IMG/VR virus record: IMGVR_UViG_3300035698_006513
Direction: 5' to 3' (one strand)
DNA length: 64,000 nucleotides
Source of the DNA: a virus
Below the pieces are notes generated by a model. It saw nothing but the letters and a program-made list of their open reading frames with translations. It was not told the origin of the DNA and made no database searches. Of this stretch, positions 1 through 8,626 are shown piece after piece. Position numbers and translations under genes: made by a program. The stretch's first letter is position 1, and every line of letters begins with the position of its first letter.

Positions 1-2152
1 GAACTCTAGTTTGTGCATTCGCCGATTCCATAAAGTTCCCCTCTGGAACTTTCATGGGGCGGCGTATAGGTTTATCTGCACCTTCCATCATAGCTGGCTT
101 TGGCCGCATACCGCGTGTAGCGTCTTGTGCAGCAGGGGATAGACTCTTGGAGGGACCACCACTATACCCGTACGCCTTAGTAGGATAGCCACCACCGCCG
201 TGTGTGGAAATATCTGAGTTATTGCTCCTTGCTACAGAATTTGGAGAACTTTTACTGCCGTATGCTGCGGTAGATGACCTTGCAGGAGTTGGCGTGGCTG
301 GGGCGGGGAGGTTTTTACTGCCATCCAGCGCGGACCAAGAGCCCTTGTATGGGGCAGGTTTAGGTGCAGCTGCGGACATATCCACATTGGGTACGTTCTT
401 GGTGGTAGCTCGTGACAGTACTTTGGCCTTCACTTCAGGTGCAGACATACCTAGCGGAGTGTCTGCATTCAGAGGGAAGTTCTTTAACTGGTCGCCTGAC
501 AAATTCCAACCTTTATCGTTAGCACTCGCAGAACCTTGGGCCATCCTCTTTTCGGATACACCCTTGGTCCACGTATTACTAGCAGGTTTGTTTGCAGGGT
601 TCATATAAGGAGCTTTAGCTTTATATGCAGACGAAGAGGTAGGAGTAACACTTTTCACCGCCTTCGACACGCCGCTACCAACTGACTTGGCTGCGTTGCC
701 CACCGCACTACCAACTGACTTGGCAGCACTACCAACTGCTTTAGCTCCAGCAGATGTTACATTCTTCATTGCGCCTAGGAAAGCAACCTTCTCCCAGTCT
801 TCTTCTGTATAATACAATGATGCAAGAAGTGGGTTTGATGGTGTACCAACTAAGTGACCATGTGCACTGGCGACCGCCTCTTTAACAGGGGCAGCTGCCG
901 CTTCAATAGGAGCAGGGGATTTCATCTTGGCAAGCAATGCTGGGCCGCCTTCACCTACTAGTGCTTGGTGACCGGCTGCTCCTACAGCACCTAATCCGCC
1001 CCCGACAACGGCACCCTTAAGTCCGCCTTTGAGAGAATCGCCAACATCCTTTCCCTGCAACACTCCGCCGACTGTTCCGAGTACGCCGCCAGTAGCAGCA
1101 CCCACACCTAAACCTTTAAGTGCAGACTCACCCACAGTACCCCAACTAGCAGCTTTATATTCTTCGTCTGCTTTTTCTAAGAGGGATTCTAAACTGGGAC
1201 TGTCTTCTTTGGGACTAGCGGTCTTTGTGTTTGTGGGAGCAGCGTTACGGATGATGGACAGAATAGCATTCACATCGTTGTCGACAGCGGCAGATTTCTC
1301 TACTAACTCTCTTCGCATGTCCACCAAAGTGTCTACACCGGGGATAAAGTTGGTGTCCACAAATTCGGTATTATCTTTAGCGTTAGATAGACGCAGCTTA
1401 TTGTTTTCTTGCTGCTGGAATCTTCTCTCCAAGTCCACAGCTGTGGCTTCGGATTGAGCCGTACCTGCGCTCATTCTCTGCTTATCCAGAGTCATCTTCT
1501 CAACATGTCTGTTTGTTTCGAGCTGGAGCTTCTCTTTCTGGAGGCGTACGTTCTCTTCAGATAGATCTCTGTTTTGTTTACCTTGATGGTTAATCTCACG
1601 AAGGCGAGAGTCGTGCTGAACTTTGAGTTTCTCTGCATCAGAGAGCGTAGGTTTTAGCGTCTCTCCTACCATACCACTAGCCATAGCCTGACCCACACCG
1701 GTCATTATCTGACCCATTGATCCTGGTCTACCTTGACGATTCATATTCCCTTCCATGCTGATAATTTCTTGTGCAGCTGGAGGAGAGATGGCATGTTCGT
1801 TTACACGAAGAGATTCAGAAATGAGTCCCGCGGCTGCGGATGGGTCAGCCATAAGAGACGGAGACATGCGATAAAGACTATCGAAGCGTGCATCAATAGT
1901 TTCTTTGCCGTAAGGTCCCATGACTTCTTCTTTGTTACCACCCAACTCACCTAAATATCCGTGTAAGCGTCTGCGAGACAACGCTCGTCCTACGAAAAAT
2001 TTAGCGTTAGAGGCTGCAGCGTCAGTAGCGTGTCCTGCTAATGCAAGTGCTCCGGCACCAGCGACCGCCTTTCCTAGACCTTTGATTACGCCCATCAGCT
2101 GGCCGGGTTCAGCGGCAGCTAATTTCTGAAGATCCATTGTAGATACTTGCAT
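1..2152 (-). CDS. Large low-complexity Gly/Ala/Pro-rich putative virion (inner head/ejection) protein, >=717 aa, runs off the left edge
   Basis: Not in the ORF track because its stop is outside the window. ATG at 2152, just after the stop of 2158..3384. My translation reads MQVSTMDLQKLAAAEPG... open to position 2, with glycine-zipper segments and K-x-A motifs. Confidence 0.75.
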   Translation of the reverse strand, partial: MQVSTMDLQKLAAAEPGQLMGVIKGLGKAVAGAGALALAGHATDAAASNAKFFVGRALSRRRLHGYLGELGGNKEEVMGPYGKETIDARFDSLYRMSPSLMADPSAAAGLISESLRVNEHAISPPAAQEIISMEGNMNRQGRPGSMGQIMTGVGQAMASGMVGETLKPTLSDAEKLKVQHDSRLREINHQGKQNRDLSEENVRLQKEKLQLETNRHVEKMTLDKQRMSAGTAQSEATAVDLERRFQQQENNKLRLSNAKDNTEFVDTNFIPGVDTLVDMRRELVEKSAAVDNDVNAILSIIRNAAPTNTKTASPKEDSPSLESLLEKADEEYKAASWGTVGESALKGLGVGAATGGVLGTVGGVLQGKDVGDSLKGGLKGAVVGGGLGAVGAAGHQALVGEGGPALLAKMKSPAPIEAAAAPVKEAVASAHGHLVGTPSNPLLASLYYTEEDWEKVAFLGAMKNVTSAGAKAVGSAAKSVGSAVGNAAKSVGSGVSKAVKSVTPTSSSAYKAKAPYMNPANKPASNTWTKGVSEKRMAQGSASANDKGWNLSGDQLKNFPLNADTPLGMSAPEVKAKVLSRATTKNVPNVDMSAAAPKPAPYKGSWSALDGSKNLPAPATPTPARSSTAAYGSKSSPNSVARSNNSDISTHGGGGYPTKAYGYSGGPSKSLSPAAQDATRGMRPKPAMMEGADKPIRRPMKVPEGNFMESANAQTRV
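678..748 (-). repeat. Imperfect coding tandem repeat (AK[SA]VGS x3)
   Basis: ccaactgacttggc / ccaactgacttggc / ccaactgctttagc. Confidence 0.6.
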
Positions 2153-2157
2153 TATTC

Positions 2158-3384
2158 TTATGCTCCGTAATAGAGAGATCCGAATTGAGGAGATTCGTTG
2201 CCGAAGTCGGCCCCGCTCTTAACTCCTGCTACTATCTTGTTTCCTGTATCTTCCGCCAAGATTCCAGCACGATGTGCGATGTCTGGGCCGAATACAACTC
2301 CGCCGCCGAGTGCCGCAGTGGTAGCGAATGGGTGTTTAACTGCTTGGTTAGCTAGCGTTTCTCCGCCATGAGCTAAGAGATTTCCACCCTTACCTATTAA
2401 CCACCCCATACCTTTACCTACTCCGCCGAGTGCACCACCAACTATATCTGCAACACCAGCTAACTTTTCGCGCATGGTATTTTGCATGTCTGTCCATATA
2501 GGAAGGAGTTGGTCGAGTGTAGCCTTAGCCGCAATGTACTCTTCTGCAGTCTTCCGCATTTCATGATAGGCGGCTATAACGAGGTGGTCGGTATTGATAA
2601 CACCAGAAGACGCGACTTTGTCAAACGCTTCCGCGGTAGGGTATTCTCTTATCAGGCCCTGCTGAAACAAACCCATACCCATGAAACGTACAGCCGCTAG
2701 TTTAGCCCAGGGTTCCGGCGAACACTGCTTGAGTGCTCCGCATAACTCTATATACCCAGTACCACTAAAGGTGGAATCTATAGCAGCAGCCACAAGTGTG
2801 TGCGCAGCAGCAGCATGTTTCTGTAAAGCAGAATGTACTTCTGTACGCATATGGTCGACAGCGTGTTTCGTCTCCGTGATTAGCTGGTCTTGAATATCAG
2901 AGTGATCGATACCTAGATTCTCAACTATCTTCATGAGGGGGTTGTCGGACGAAGCTATCTTCTCTGTAGGTTCCACTGTAGGGAACTCATACTCAGGTCC
3001 TGTGATGTGGTTGTGGTACTTGACGGAGGCAGACTTGAATATCTCGGAAGGTCTTTTGGTATAATCCGAGTGAGGGCGCTTAACTATAACGGGTTGAAAA
3101 CCTGAAGACAGAACCTCATGGGATACTTTTTCTGCGCTAGCAGGACCTCCGGGGATACCTGCTGTTTTGTCTTCGCCATCAAAGATATGGTTCCACGCTG
3201 CGTGGTTAGCAAATTCGCATACGCGTTTTATCTGCTCTTGTGTAACCTGTACGTTTCCTTCCTTTATAATACTAGTTACGCAGGAAGTAAGGTCGTCACC
3301 TGTACGAATGTGTTGTGCAGCGGCTTGCTTACCAAACATCTGCAACGTACCCTGACCTAAATTTTCAGGAATGTGTTTACTCAT
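2158..3384 (-). CDS. Hypothetical virion protein with many K-x-A motifs and a Gly-rich hydrophobic C-terminus
   Basis: 408-aa ORF; GKQAA, FKSAS, EKIAS, TKHAV, QKHAA, AKLAA, DKVAS, RKTAE, EKLAG. Confidence 0.7.
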   Translation of the reverse strand: MSKHIPENLGQGTLQMFGKQAAAQHIRTGDDLTSCVTSIIKEGNVQVTQEQIKRVCEFANHAAWNHIFDGEDKTAGIPGGPASAEKVSHEVLSSGFQPVIVKRPHSDYTKRPSEIFKSASVKYHNHITGPEYEFPTVEPTEKIASSDNPLMKIVENLGIDHSDIQDQLITETKHAVDHMRTEVHSALQKHAAAAHTLVAAAIDSTFSGTGYIELCGALKQCSPEPWAKLAAVRFMGMGLFQQGLIREYPTAEAFDKVASSGVINTDHLVIAAYHEMRKTAEEYIAAKATLDQLLPIWTDMQNTMREKLAGVADIVGGALGGVGKGMGWLIGKGGNLLAHGGETLANQAVKHPFATTAALGGGVVFGPDIAHRAGILAEDTGNKIVAGVKSGADFGNESPQFGSLYYGA

Positions 3385-3413
3385 AATGTTCCCTCACTCA
3401 AAAGGAGTCAATT

Positions 3414-4175
3414 TTGAATCAGCATACCACCCTGCTTACCCGAACGCAAGCTGTTCAACTACTTGGGATTGATGCGGATGCGTTACAGCAATACGAAAAC
3501 GCTGGCCATCTGAGACGCAAGATTCAAGGTACCGAAGTAATGTATGACCATAATGATGTAGTGCGTTTAATGGAGATGCGCGATAGTGATCGCTTACCTA
3601 CGCTGTCACAAGAATCTCTGATGCAGATTATAGCAGAACTGCACGAATTACGCACACAGGTAGAAACAGTAACACAACTGCTAGGTATAGGAAATCCTCC
3701 TTTAGTTGTGGATGGTGCACAGTTAGCGCTGCTATATGAGAAAGTAATTGCAGCTCTGATACAGACAGAATATGCACGCAACGAGATAGAGGATTGGGTT
3801 TCATTGTTCCTGCGTTTACGTGAAGGACACGTTACCGCACTCACATCTGTGACAAACAATGATCGTCCTTGGGAGATGCTCTACCGATTAGCAAATCGTA
3901 TATGCACCTACTTAGCTGAAGACCCTGCCACGGAAAACAACACTCATCTGAGATCCTTGTACATGCAGACAGAATCCGCACGTACGCACGTACGTAATAT
4001 ATGGATAGTGTGTATGGAGCTAGACCCTGCACGTGATTACCACAACAGATTATCTCGAAACGTGCCATCGATAGAAGACATCCTAGAAGATGTATCACAG
4101 CGTAGAGGTATGTCTGCAGTACCTTCTACATTAGAATCTGTACTCATACAATCCGGGCTGAAAAGAAGAGGATAA
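3414..4175 (+). CDS. MerR/Xis-type (HTH_17) helix-turn-helix DNA-binding protein
   Basis: N-terminal LLTRTQAVQLLGIDADALQQYENAGHL...MYDHNDVVRL, followed by a coiled coil; AAGGAG RBS before a TTG start. Confidence 0.7.
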   Translation: MNQHTTLLTRTQAVQLLGIDADALQQYENAGHLRRKIQGTEVMYDHNDVVRLMEMRDSDRLPTLSQESLMQIIAELHELRTQVETVTQLLGIGNPPLVVDGAQLALLYEKVIAALIQTEYARNEIEDWVSLFLRLREGHVTALTSVTNNDRPWEMLYRLANRICTYLAEDPATENNTHLRSLYMQTESARTHVRNIWIVCMELDPARDYHNRLSRNVPSIEDILEDVSQRRGMSAVPSTLESVLIQSGLKRRG

Positions 4176-4177
4176 CG

Positions 4178-4203
4178 GGTATAAGAATACAGTAGTAGAT
4201 AAC
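4178..4203 (+). promoter_or_regulatory. Phage-specific promoter-like motif, copy 1
   Basis: GGTATAAGAATACAGTAGTAGATAAC, followed by GGAG RBS and ATG 4224. Confidence 0.65.
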
Positions 4204-4223
4204 CCTAACGTACGGAGTAGAAT

Positions 4224-4520
4224 ATGTACGTAATAACTTTGATATTCGCCGCCATTGGTTTCTTCTCGATCGCCTCACTAATATCCAGAGCATCCCGTAC
4301 CCTCTGGATGCGACATGTAAGAGGAGGTAGGTACGTGTGGGTAGGAAAACCTACGAGGTACTGCAGTACAAACATCGTCAGAGTAAAATGGCCAAAGGGC
4401 GGAGATAAACGCTGGTTTATCCCTGGAGAGGGCAAAGAACTGATAGGTGCTACGCTTGAAGAGTGTCAGGCGTACATGGAAACAGGTCAGTTACCTGAGA
4501 AGGAAGAGGAATACTGGTAG
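4224..4520 (+). CDS. Small membrane-anchored hypothetical protein
   Basis: N-terminal hydrophobic helix; RBS; flanked by the promoter motif and a hairpin. Confidence 0.7.
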   Translation: MYVITLIFAAIGFFSIASLISRASRTLWMRHVRGGRYVWVGKPTRYCSTNIVRVKWPKGGDKRWFIPGEGKELIGATLEECQAYMETGQLPEKEEEYW

Positions 4521-4542
4521 CAGTAACTCTCTCGCAGGTAAC

Positions 4543-4579
4543 AGAAAACAAGGATCTTCGGTGTCCTTGTTTTCTTAGC
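4543..4579 (+). terminator. Hairpin followed by TTCTTAGC
   Basis: agaaaacaagga / tccttgttttct stem just downstream of the stop at 4520. Confidence 0.6.
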
Positions 4580-4609
4580 CCGCTATGTCCTACCGTAGTG
4601 CCTATATAT

Positions 4610-4637
4610 GGCATAAGAATATAATGTAGTAGATAAC
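4610..4637 (+). promoter_or_regulatory. Phage-specific promoter-like motif, copy 2
   Basis: GGCATAAGAATATAATGTAGTAGATAAC, followed by GGAGG (4651) and ATG 4661. Confidence 0.65.
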
Positions 4638-4660
4638 ACAAACGCTCATAGGAGGATATT

Positions 4661-5048
4661 ATGAGTATGCAACTATCAAAACTCGCACGCAAAATCGCCG
4701 AATCCGCAATCCTTAACCACGACAAGGCCCCTGTGGATTTGAAGAAAAAACTTAGCAGCATCTCTAAGAGATGCTGCTAAGCGAGGAGAGATCGCAGGTA
4801 CGTCGCAGGAAGACAGGAAGCGATGGATAATTGACATGAGCAGCAAGTCGGTACTCGACATGTCCGCACTACTTGTGGCGAAGGGGTACGTGTACCCCGA
4901 ACAAAGAGACGCGTTAGCTCTGCTACTAACGCAATACATACCTCAGGAAACAGTAGAAAACACGAAAAACACCCCGATTATCGGGGATAAGAGTACAGTA
5001 GAAGATAACAGTAAAGTGTCTGACCATAAACCCAGTAAGGAGAATAAC
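4661..5048 (+). pseudogene. Gene interrupted by a +1 frameshift at an A6 run (recoding, pseudogene or assembly error)
   Basis: The RBS/ATG 4661 frame stops at 4780. Removing one A at 4745-4750 joins it to the frame of ORF 4836..5420 (DLKK-NLAASLRDAAKRGEIAG...RWIID). Confidence 0.45.
4984..5009 (+). promoter_or_regulatory. Phage-specific promoter-like motif, copy 3
   Basis: GGGATAAGAGTACAGTAGAAGATAAC (23/26 identical to copy 1), followed by AAGGAG and ATG 5049. Confidence 0.65.
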
Positions 5049-5420
5049 ATGGAAAACATGACCCCAGAACAAATGAAAGACATAGTCGATGGAATCAAGG
5101 TTCTCCCCGAACTCAAGAAAAGTCTTGATGCCATCACCGCATCCGTGTCGTCATTCGACGCACGTGTAAAGAAAATGGAGGAGGTCATCGAGGAGATGAC
5201 TGAGAAAGATCCGACCTGGAAGTCTATCTTAAAGTGGGGCGCTATAGGGGCGTTTAGCCTCGCCTCCGCCATCGTGTTGGTCGAGACGGGAGCAGCCGTC
5301 TTTGGAGTAAACGGAATTCTTGTGAAGCGCACACCCGAGGCGCTCGCAGGACAGTTCCAGCTCGCAAGCAAATGGGCCAATGAAAACAAAGTGAACCTCA
5401 TCTCTGCCTACGCAGAATAA
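5049..5420 (+). CDS. Coiled-coil plus transmembrane hypothetical protein (likely true start within track ORF 4836..5420)
   Basis: Own promoter motif and RBS; hydrophobic WGAIGAFSLASAIVLV segment. Confidence 0.6.
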   Translation: MENMTPEQMKDIVDGIKVLPELKKSLDAITASVSSFDARVKKMEEVIEEMTEKDPTWKSILKWGAIGAFSLASAIVLVETGAAVFGVNGILVKRTPEALAGQFQLASKWANENKVNLISAYAE

Positions 5421-5427
5421 GGTTCAC

Positions 5428-5481
5428 AGAACAAGGTTAGTCTGTCCAACTCCCGTCAAACGGATTAACCTTTGTTCTTAG
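5428..5481 (+). terminator. Hairpin followed by TTCTTAG
   Basis: agaacaaggttagtctg...cggattaacctttgttct imperfect stem after the stop at 5420. Confidence 0.5.
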
Positions 5482-5552
5482 TGCCTTAAAGAACATGTGC
5501 CGTATAGCACGTGAACTCAAGGCCATCAGCTAGTTCGTCATTCATGTAAACC

Positions 5553-5591
5553 GAAACAACGTGTAACTGCCACTATACGTTGTTTCTTAGC
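5553..5591. terminator. Hairpin followed by TTCTTAGC between convergent genes
   Basis: gaaacaacgtgta / tatacgttgtttc stem abutting the terminase stop. Confidence 0.5.
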
Positions 5592-7387
5592 TATAGGCCC
5601 ATTCCTGCTGGTTGGAAGTTAGGTATACCTTCAGGGAAGAGAACTTGTGGTGAGGGGTTACCTGATATAAACGATGTGAGGTAGCAGTACACTAATGCGT
5701 TCCAAGTATCATCTGGACCATTGTGCGAGTACCTATAGAGATGGGATGTACTCTCAATATGCTCTGCGAATATGTTGAGTATGTCTGTCCCACACGGGTC
5801 CACAAACTCACTCCATTCGGGGAAGCGGAAGTACCCTTCTCTGAGAGCTAAGAAAAGCGAATCGTAAATCTCAGGCTTACTGCACATGAATCTACCTAAA
5901 TCGCGATTATACTTAATGACGTACTTAGGCTCTGCATATTGGTAGATGTTTACTTTTTGTCTTCCTAGTCGTCTTACCAACGTTCTATTTCTATCCTGAC
6001 CCATACCGTAATCAGTACCAACAGAAGTAACGTTGAACTCTCTCACTAAACGTACGATGTAGGGTATGAGGTTTGCGGGATCACGCAACTGACCTGTGCA
6101 TCTCTTCGCAAAGAACACGTCAAACTTATTGTCTTTCAGCGTGGCCATTGTGATTACATCGTAGGATGCTTCCGTCTCACCAGGAGACCAATCTATACCC
6201 ATCCATACTGGGTTATTAGCAGACCAATCTCTATACGCACCTAGGTCAGATAGTCTTGCCCCATTACAATGGACAGATAGCGCATCACGTGTGATAGGTC
6301 TAGTAGCAGAATCATCACTGATACCTAGACGCTCATTACGAAACAGTGTAGGGCGCATAGTTTCGTAGTCATGTATAAAGTCTCCCCACGCATCTCGGTC
6401 AAGTATGATCCAGGGCGTCTGCAGCTGAGTAATATGGAATCCCCACCAAGGTCCGCCGTTAGGGTTCATGGGTTGCCAGTGGCATTGAGGTAGGAACGGG
6501 TTGATAGCGCGTTTACATTTACCGCACACTACTCCGTTGCGACCAATATTCTCTTCTGTTAGTGGTTGCCACCGTGGGCCTAGATGTAAGTGTTGCGCGT
6601 TCGCTTTTGATTTCTCTGAGGTTCCACAGTGCAGGCAAGGAACTACCCACTCACATTGTTTAGATCTCTGAAAATCTATTTCAATCTGGTTATCTAATGT
6701 GAGTGGGGTACCTGAACGAATCTGCCTACGCACAGTAGAGTGATGTAAGCAGGCTTCGATAATAGGTACCAGGTCCGGTTTAATGTCTTGGTACTCATCT
6801 ATTTGTAGCTCATCCGCAAACTTACCACGTAGACGATTAGCATTATGATATGCGTAGTAAAGCATATACACAGAACCAGTACCTTGCCACCTCTTAAGGT
6901 ATAGACTCTGGTCACCCATACCGCCCATAAATGGTTGAAGTTCGGGTGACTGGTATATAATGTCATCTACCTTGTCTCTAGAAAATGTCTTAGTCTGTTC
7001 ATTAGAAGGGGATACATAGATAGTACGAAACCCATTGTGAAGACAACAAGATGTGATGGCTCTATTGGCAAGGAACGTACTCTTCTCTGTTTGACGTGAG
7101 CATTTCCAAAGAATCAATCTAATATCAGAGTCGTATATTTCGCGTAGGTAATCTCTGCCGTAGAACGTGAATGGTCTGTACTCCTTGTCGTAGTATACCT
7201 GCACACCCCACTCCACAAATGCAGATGGTGCCACGTCAATTCTAGAATCTTCTACCTCCCAATTAGGACCCATGTCTATGTTGTCCATCTCTATTTCAAA
7301 CTTACTGATCTCCTCCGCCATTTTGTCCGCAGACTTATGTGCCTTAACTACATCCTTGTAGTTTTGGTAACGCATTATGTTAGGCAT
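5591..7387 (-). CDS. terL: Terminase large subunit (lambda GpA-like ATPase + Zn finger + RNase H-like nuclease)
   Basis: Walker A KCSRQTEKST, Walker B LQIDEYQD, RSGTP motif, CxxC...CxxC, nuclease MGIDWS and GPDDTWNALVY. Confidence 0.9.
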   Translation of the reverse strand: MPNIMRYQNYKDVVKAHKSADKMAEEISKFEIEMDNIDMGPNWEVEDSRIDVAPSAFVEWGVQVYYDKEYRPFTFYGRDYLREIYDSDIRLILWKCSRQTEKSTFLANRAITSCCLHNGFRTIYVSPSNEQTKTFSRDKVDDIIYQSPELQPFMGGMGDQSLYLKRWQGTGSVYMLYYAYHNANRLRGKFADELQIDEYQDIKPDLVPIIEACLHHSTVRRQIRSGTPLTLDNQIEIDFQRSKQCEWVVPCLHCGTSEKSKANAQHLHLGPRWQPLTEENIGRNGVVCGKCKRAINPFLPQCHWQPMNPNGGPWWGFHITQLQTPWIILDRDAWGDFIHDYETMRPTLFRNERLGISDDSATRPITRDALSVHCNGARLSDLGAYRDWSANNPVWMGIDWSPGETEASYDVITMATLKDNKFDVFFAKRCTGQLRDPANLIPYIVRLVREFNVTSVGTDYGMGQDRNRTLVRRLGRQKVNIYQYAEPKYVIKYNRDLGRFMCSKPEIYDSLFLALREGYFRFPEWSEFVDPCGTDILNIFAEHIESTSHLYRYSHNGPDDTWNALVYCYLTSFISGNPSPQVLFPEGIPNFQPAGMGL

Positions 7388-7408
7388 GAAACTTCTCCAT
7401 CAAAAACT

Positions 7409-7417
7409 GTATAAGAG
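7409..7417 (+). promoter_or_regulatory. Partial promoter motif (GTATAAGAG)
   Basis: Core of the motif, upstream of AAGGAG and ATG 7462. Confidence 0.4.
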
Positions 7418-7461
7418 GGTGAACCATAATTGTCATCAATAAACTATCATAAGGAGAAGGT

Positions 7462-8409
7462 ATGTACCAGCCGTACAGTAATTATCCCATCCACGAAGAC
7501 CTGCAAATAATTTATACGGAAGATGCGTATAAAACAGCAGTCGCCTACGCCAACTTGTATAACAACTTGGAGTTTATGTTAGTGCCAGTGTGTGGACTCA
7601 TACTTCGTAAAGACGTGTCACCCCTACGAGAGCTGGAGCTATCCGACGTGGAGGCCATCGTTGTACATAAGTACATCCACCCACCACATCAAATAAACAC
7701 AGGAGCGCACACTGGCATAATTCAAAGCAAGCGTCAGGAAGTATCCGACCTGATCACAGAAGAGATAACGCGCCTCCGAGATGAATACCCACGCCTGGGT
7801 AACTTCATTAAGTTCCACGCACATCCGTTTACAGGTGGCAGATTCCTCTCTGGTGGAGACATCAATGCCAACTTAGTGGGTGAAAACCTCCAACGTTGGC
7901 GAAGTGAGACTGGAATAAGTTTTGTACCCATGCAGGTGATCTGGCCACTGGAGGGGATTAGCATGGGAAGAAACACGGACATCCGCGGTGGCGGCAATGA
8001 CAGTACATGGAATATCACAACATTCCTGCACATAGACAACCGCCTACATGTGACACCGCGTCCATCTATCCTTCGAGATAACCCCAAACACAACAGTATT
8101 TACAAACCCCCATTCTGGATGGACCACGAGGGTTGGTGTGTGAAACAGCGGGACAGTCTGAGAAACCGCTGGCCCGAAGCATCGTATAGATTCCTAGGTA
8201 GAGGTTGGGTGCAGTTCTTCGCACCGGGCAAACCTTACGGGATAATAGTGACCTTGGGACCGGACTTTCCTAACCAACCCGCAGAAATATTCATCGTACC
8301 ACCGCAGACATCCGTCGCACAATTCATGAGAGAAAAGACGTTTGCCGTTGAAGACCTGGATACATATGACTTGATGTGGGACTTTGACTCTGTAATGAGA
8401 GGTGGGTGA
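7462..8409 (+). CDS. JAB/MPN+ metallo-isopeptidase with C-terminal E2/UBC-like domain
   Basis: Upstream Glu (NLEF) plus HAHP-FTGGRFL-SGGD (HxH-x8-S-x2-D) at 7816-7860; IIVTLGPDFPNQPAEIFI resembles the UBC/RWD YPxxxP motif; ends in RGG. Confidence 0.7.
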   Translation: MYQPYSNYPIHEDLQIIYTEDAYKTAVAYANLYNNLEFMLVPVCGLILRKDVSPLRELELSDVEAIVVHKYIHPPHQINTGAHTGIIQSKRQEVSDLITEEITRLRDEYPRLGNFIKFHAHPFTGGRFLSGGDINANLVGENLQRWRSETGISFVPMQVIWPLEGISMGRNTDIRGGGNDSTWNITTFLHIDNRLHVTPRPSILRDNPKHNSIYKPPFWMDHEGWCVKQRDSLRNRWPEASYRFLGRGWVQFFAPGKPYGIIVTLGPDFPNQPAEIFIVPPQTSVAQFMREKTFAVEDLDTYDLMWDFDSVMRGG

Positions 8410-8413
8410 AACT

Positions 8414-8626
8414 ATGGACAACATGGAAGATGTAGTGAGGAGCTGGTGTCGGACATCTCCCAGTGAGTTTGACCTAGACACATTGCAAGTAGAGAAGAAG
8501 AAAATAAAAGTAGGATTGAGGAAGCCTCTATCGAGGGAGAAAAAAACACTCATTGAGGCGGCAACAAAGAACGCGGGCGCACGCTGTAGAATCACTACGT
8601 TTGTAGTGGAAGTGTACTTACGTTAA
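8414..8626 (+). CDS. Small basic hypothetical protein
   Basis: Follows the JAB gene; GAGGTG SD upstream of ATG 8414. Confidence 0.55.
   Translation: MDNMEDVVRSWCRTSPSEFDLDTLQVEKKKIKVGLRKPLSREKKTLIEAATKNAGARCRITTFVVEVYLR

Noticed and set aside
204-2129. Plus-strand track ORFs (204..608, 1029..1457 and others) and the many similar short antisense ORFs throughout
   Set aside because: They are shadows of long genes on the opposite strand, with no convincing RBS or motifs.
4178-5009. The three 26-28-nt repeats as a CRISPR array
   Set aside because: They are ~370-430 nt apart, imperfect, and each precedes an RBS and gene, which fits promoters.
5481-5552. Possible structured ncRNA or tRNA in the intergenic gap
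   Set aside because: Only short weak stems; no cloverleaf or recognisable family.
8414-8626. Small gene after JAB as the ubiquitin-like modifier
   Set aside because: No C-terminal Gly and no recognisable beta-grasp pattern.
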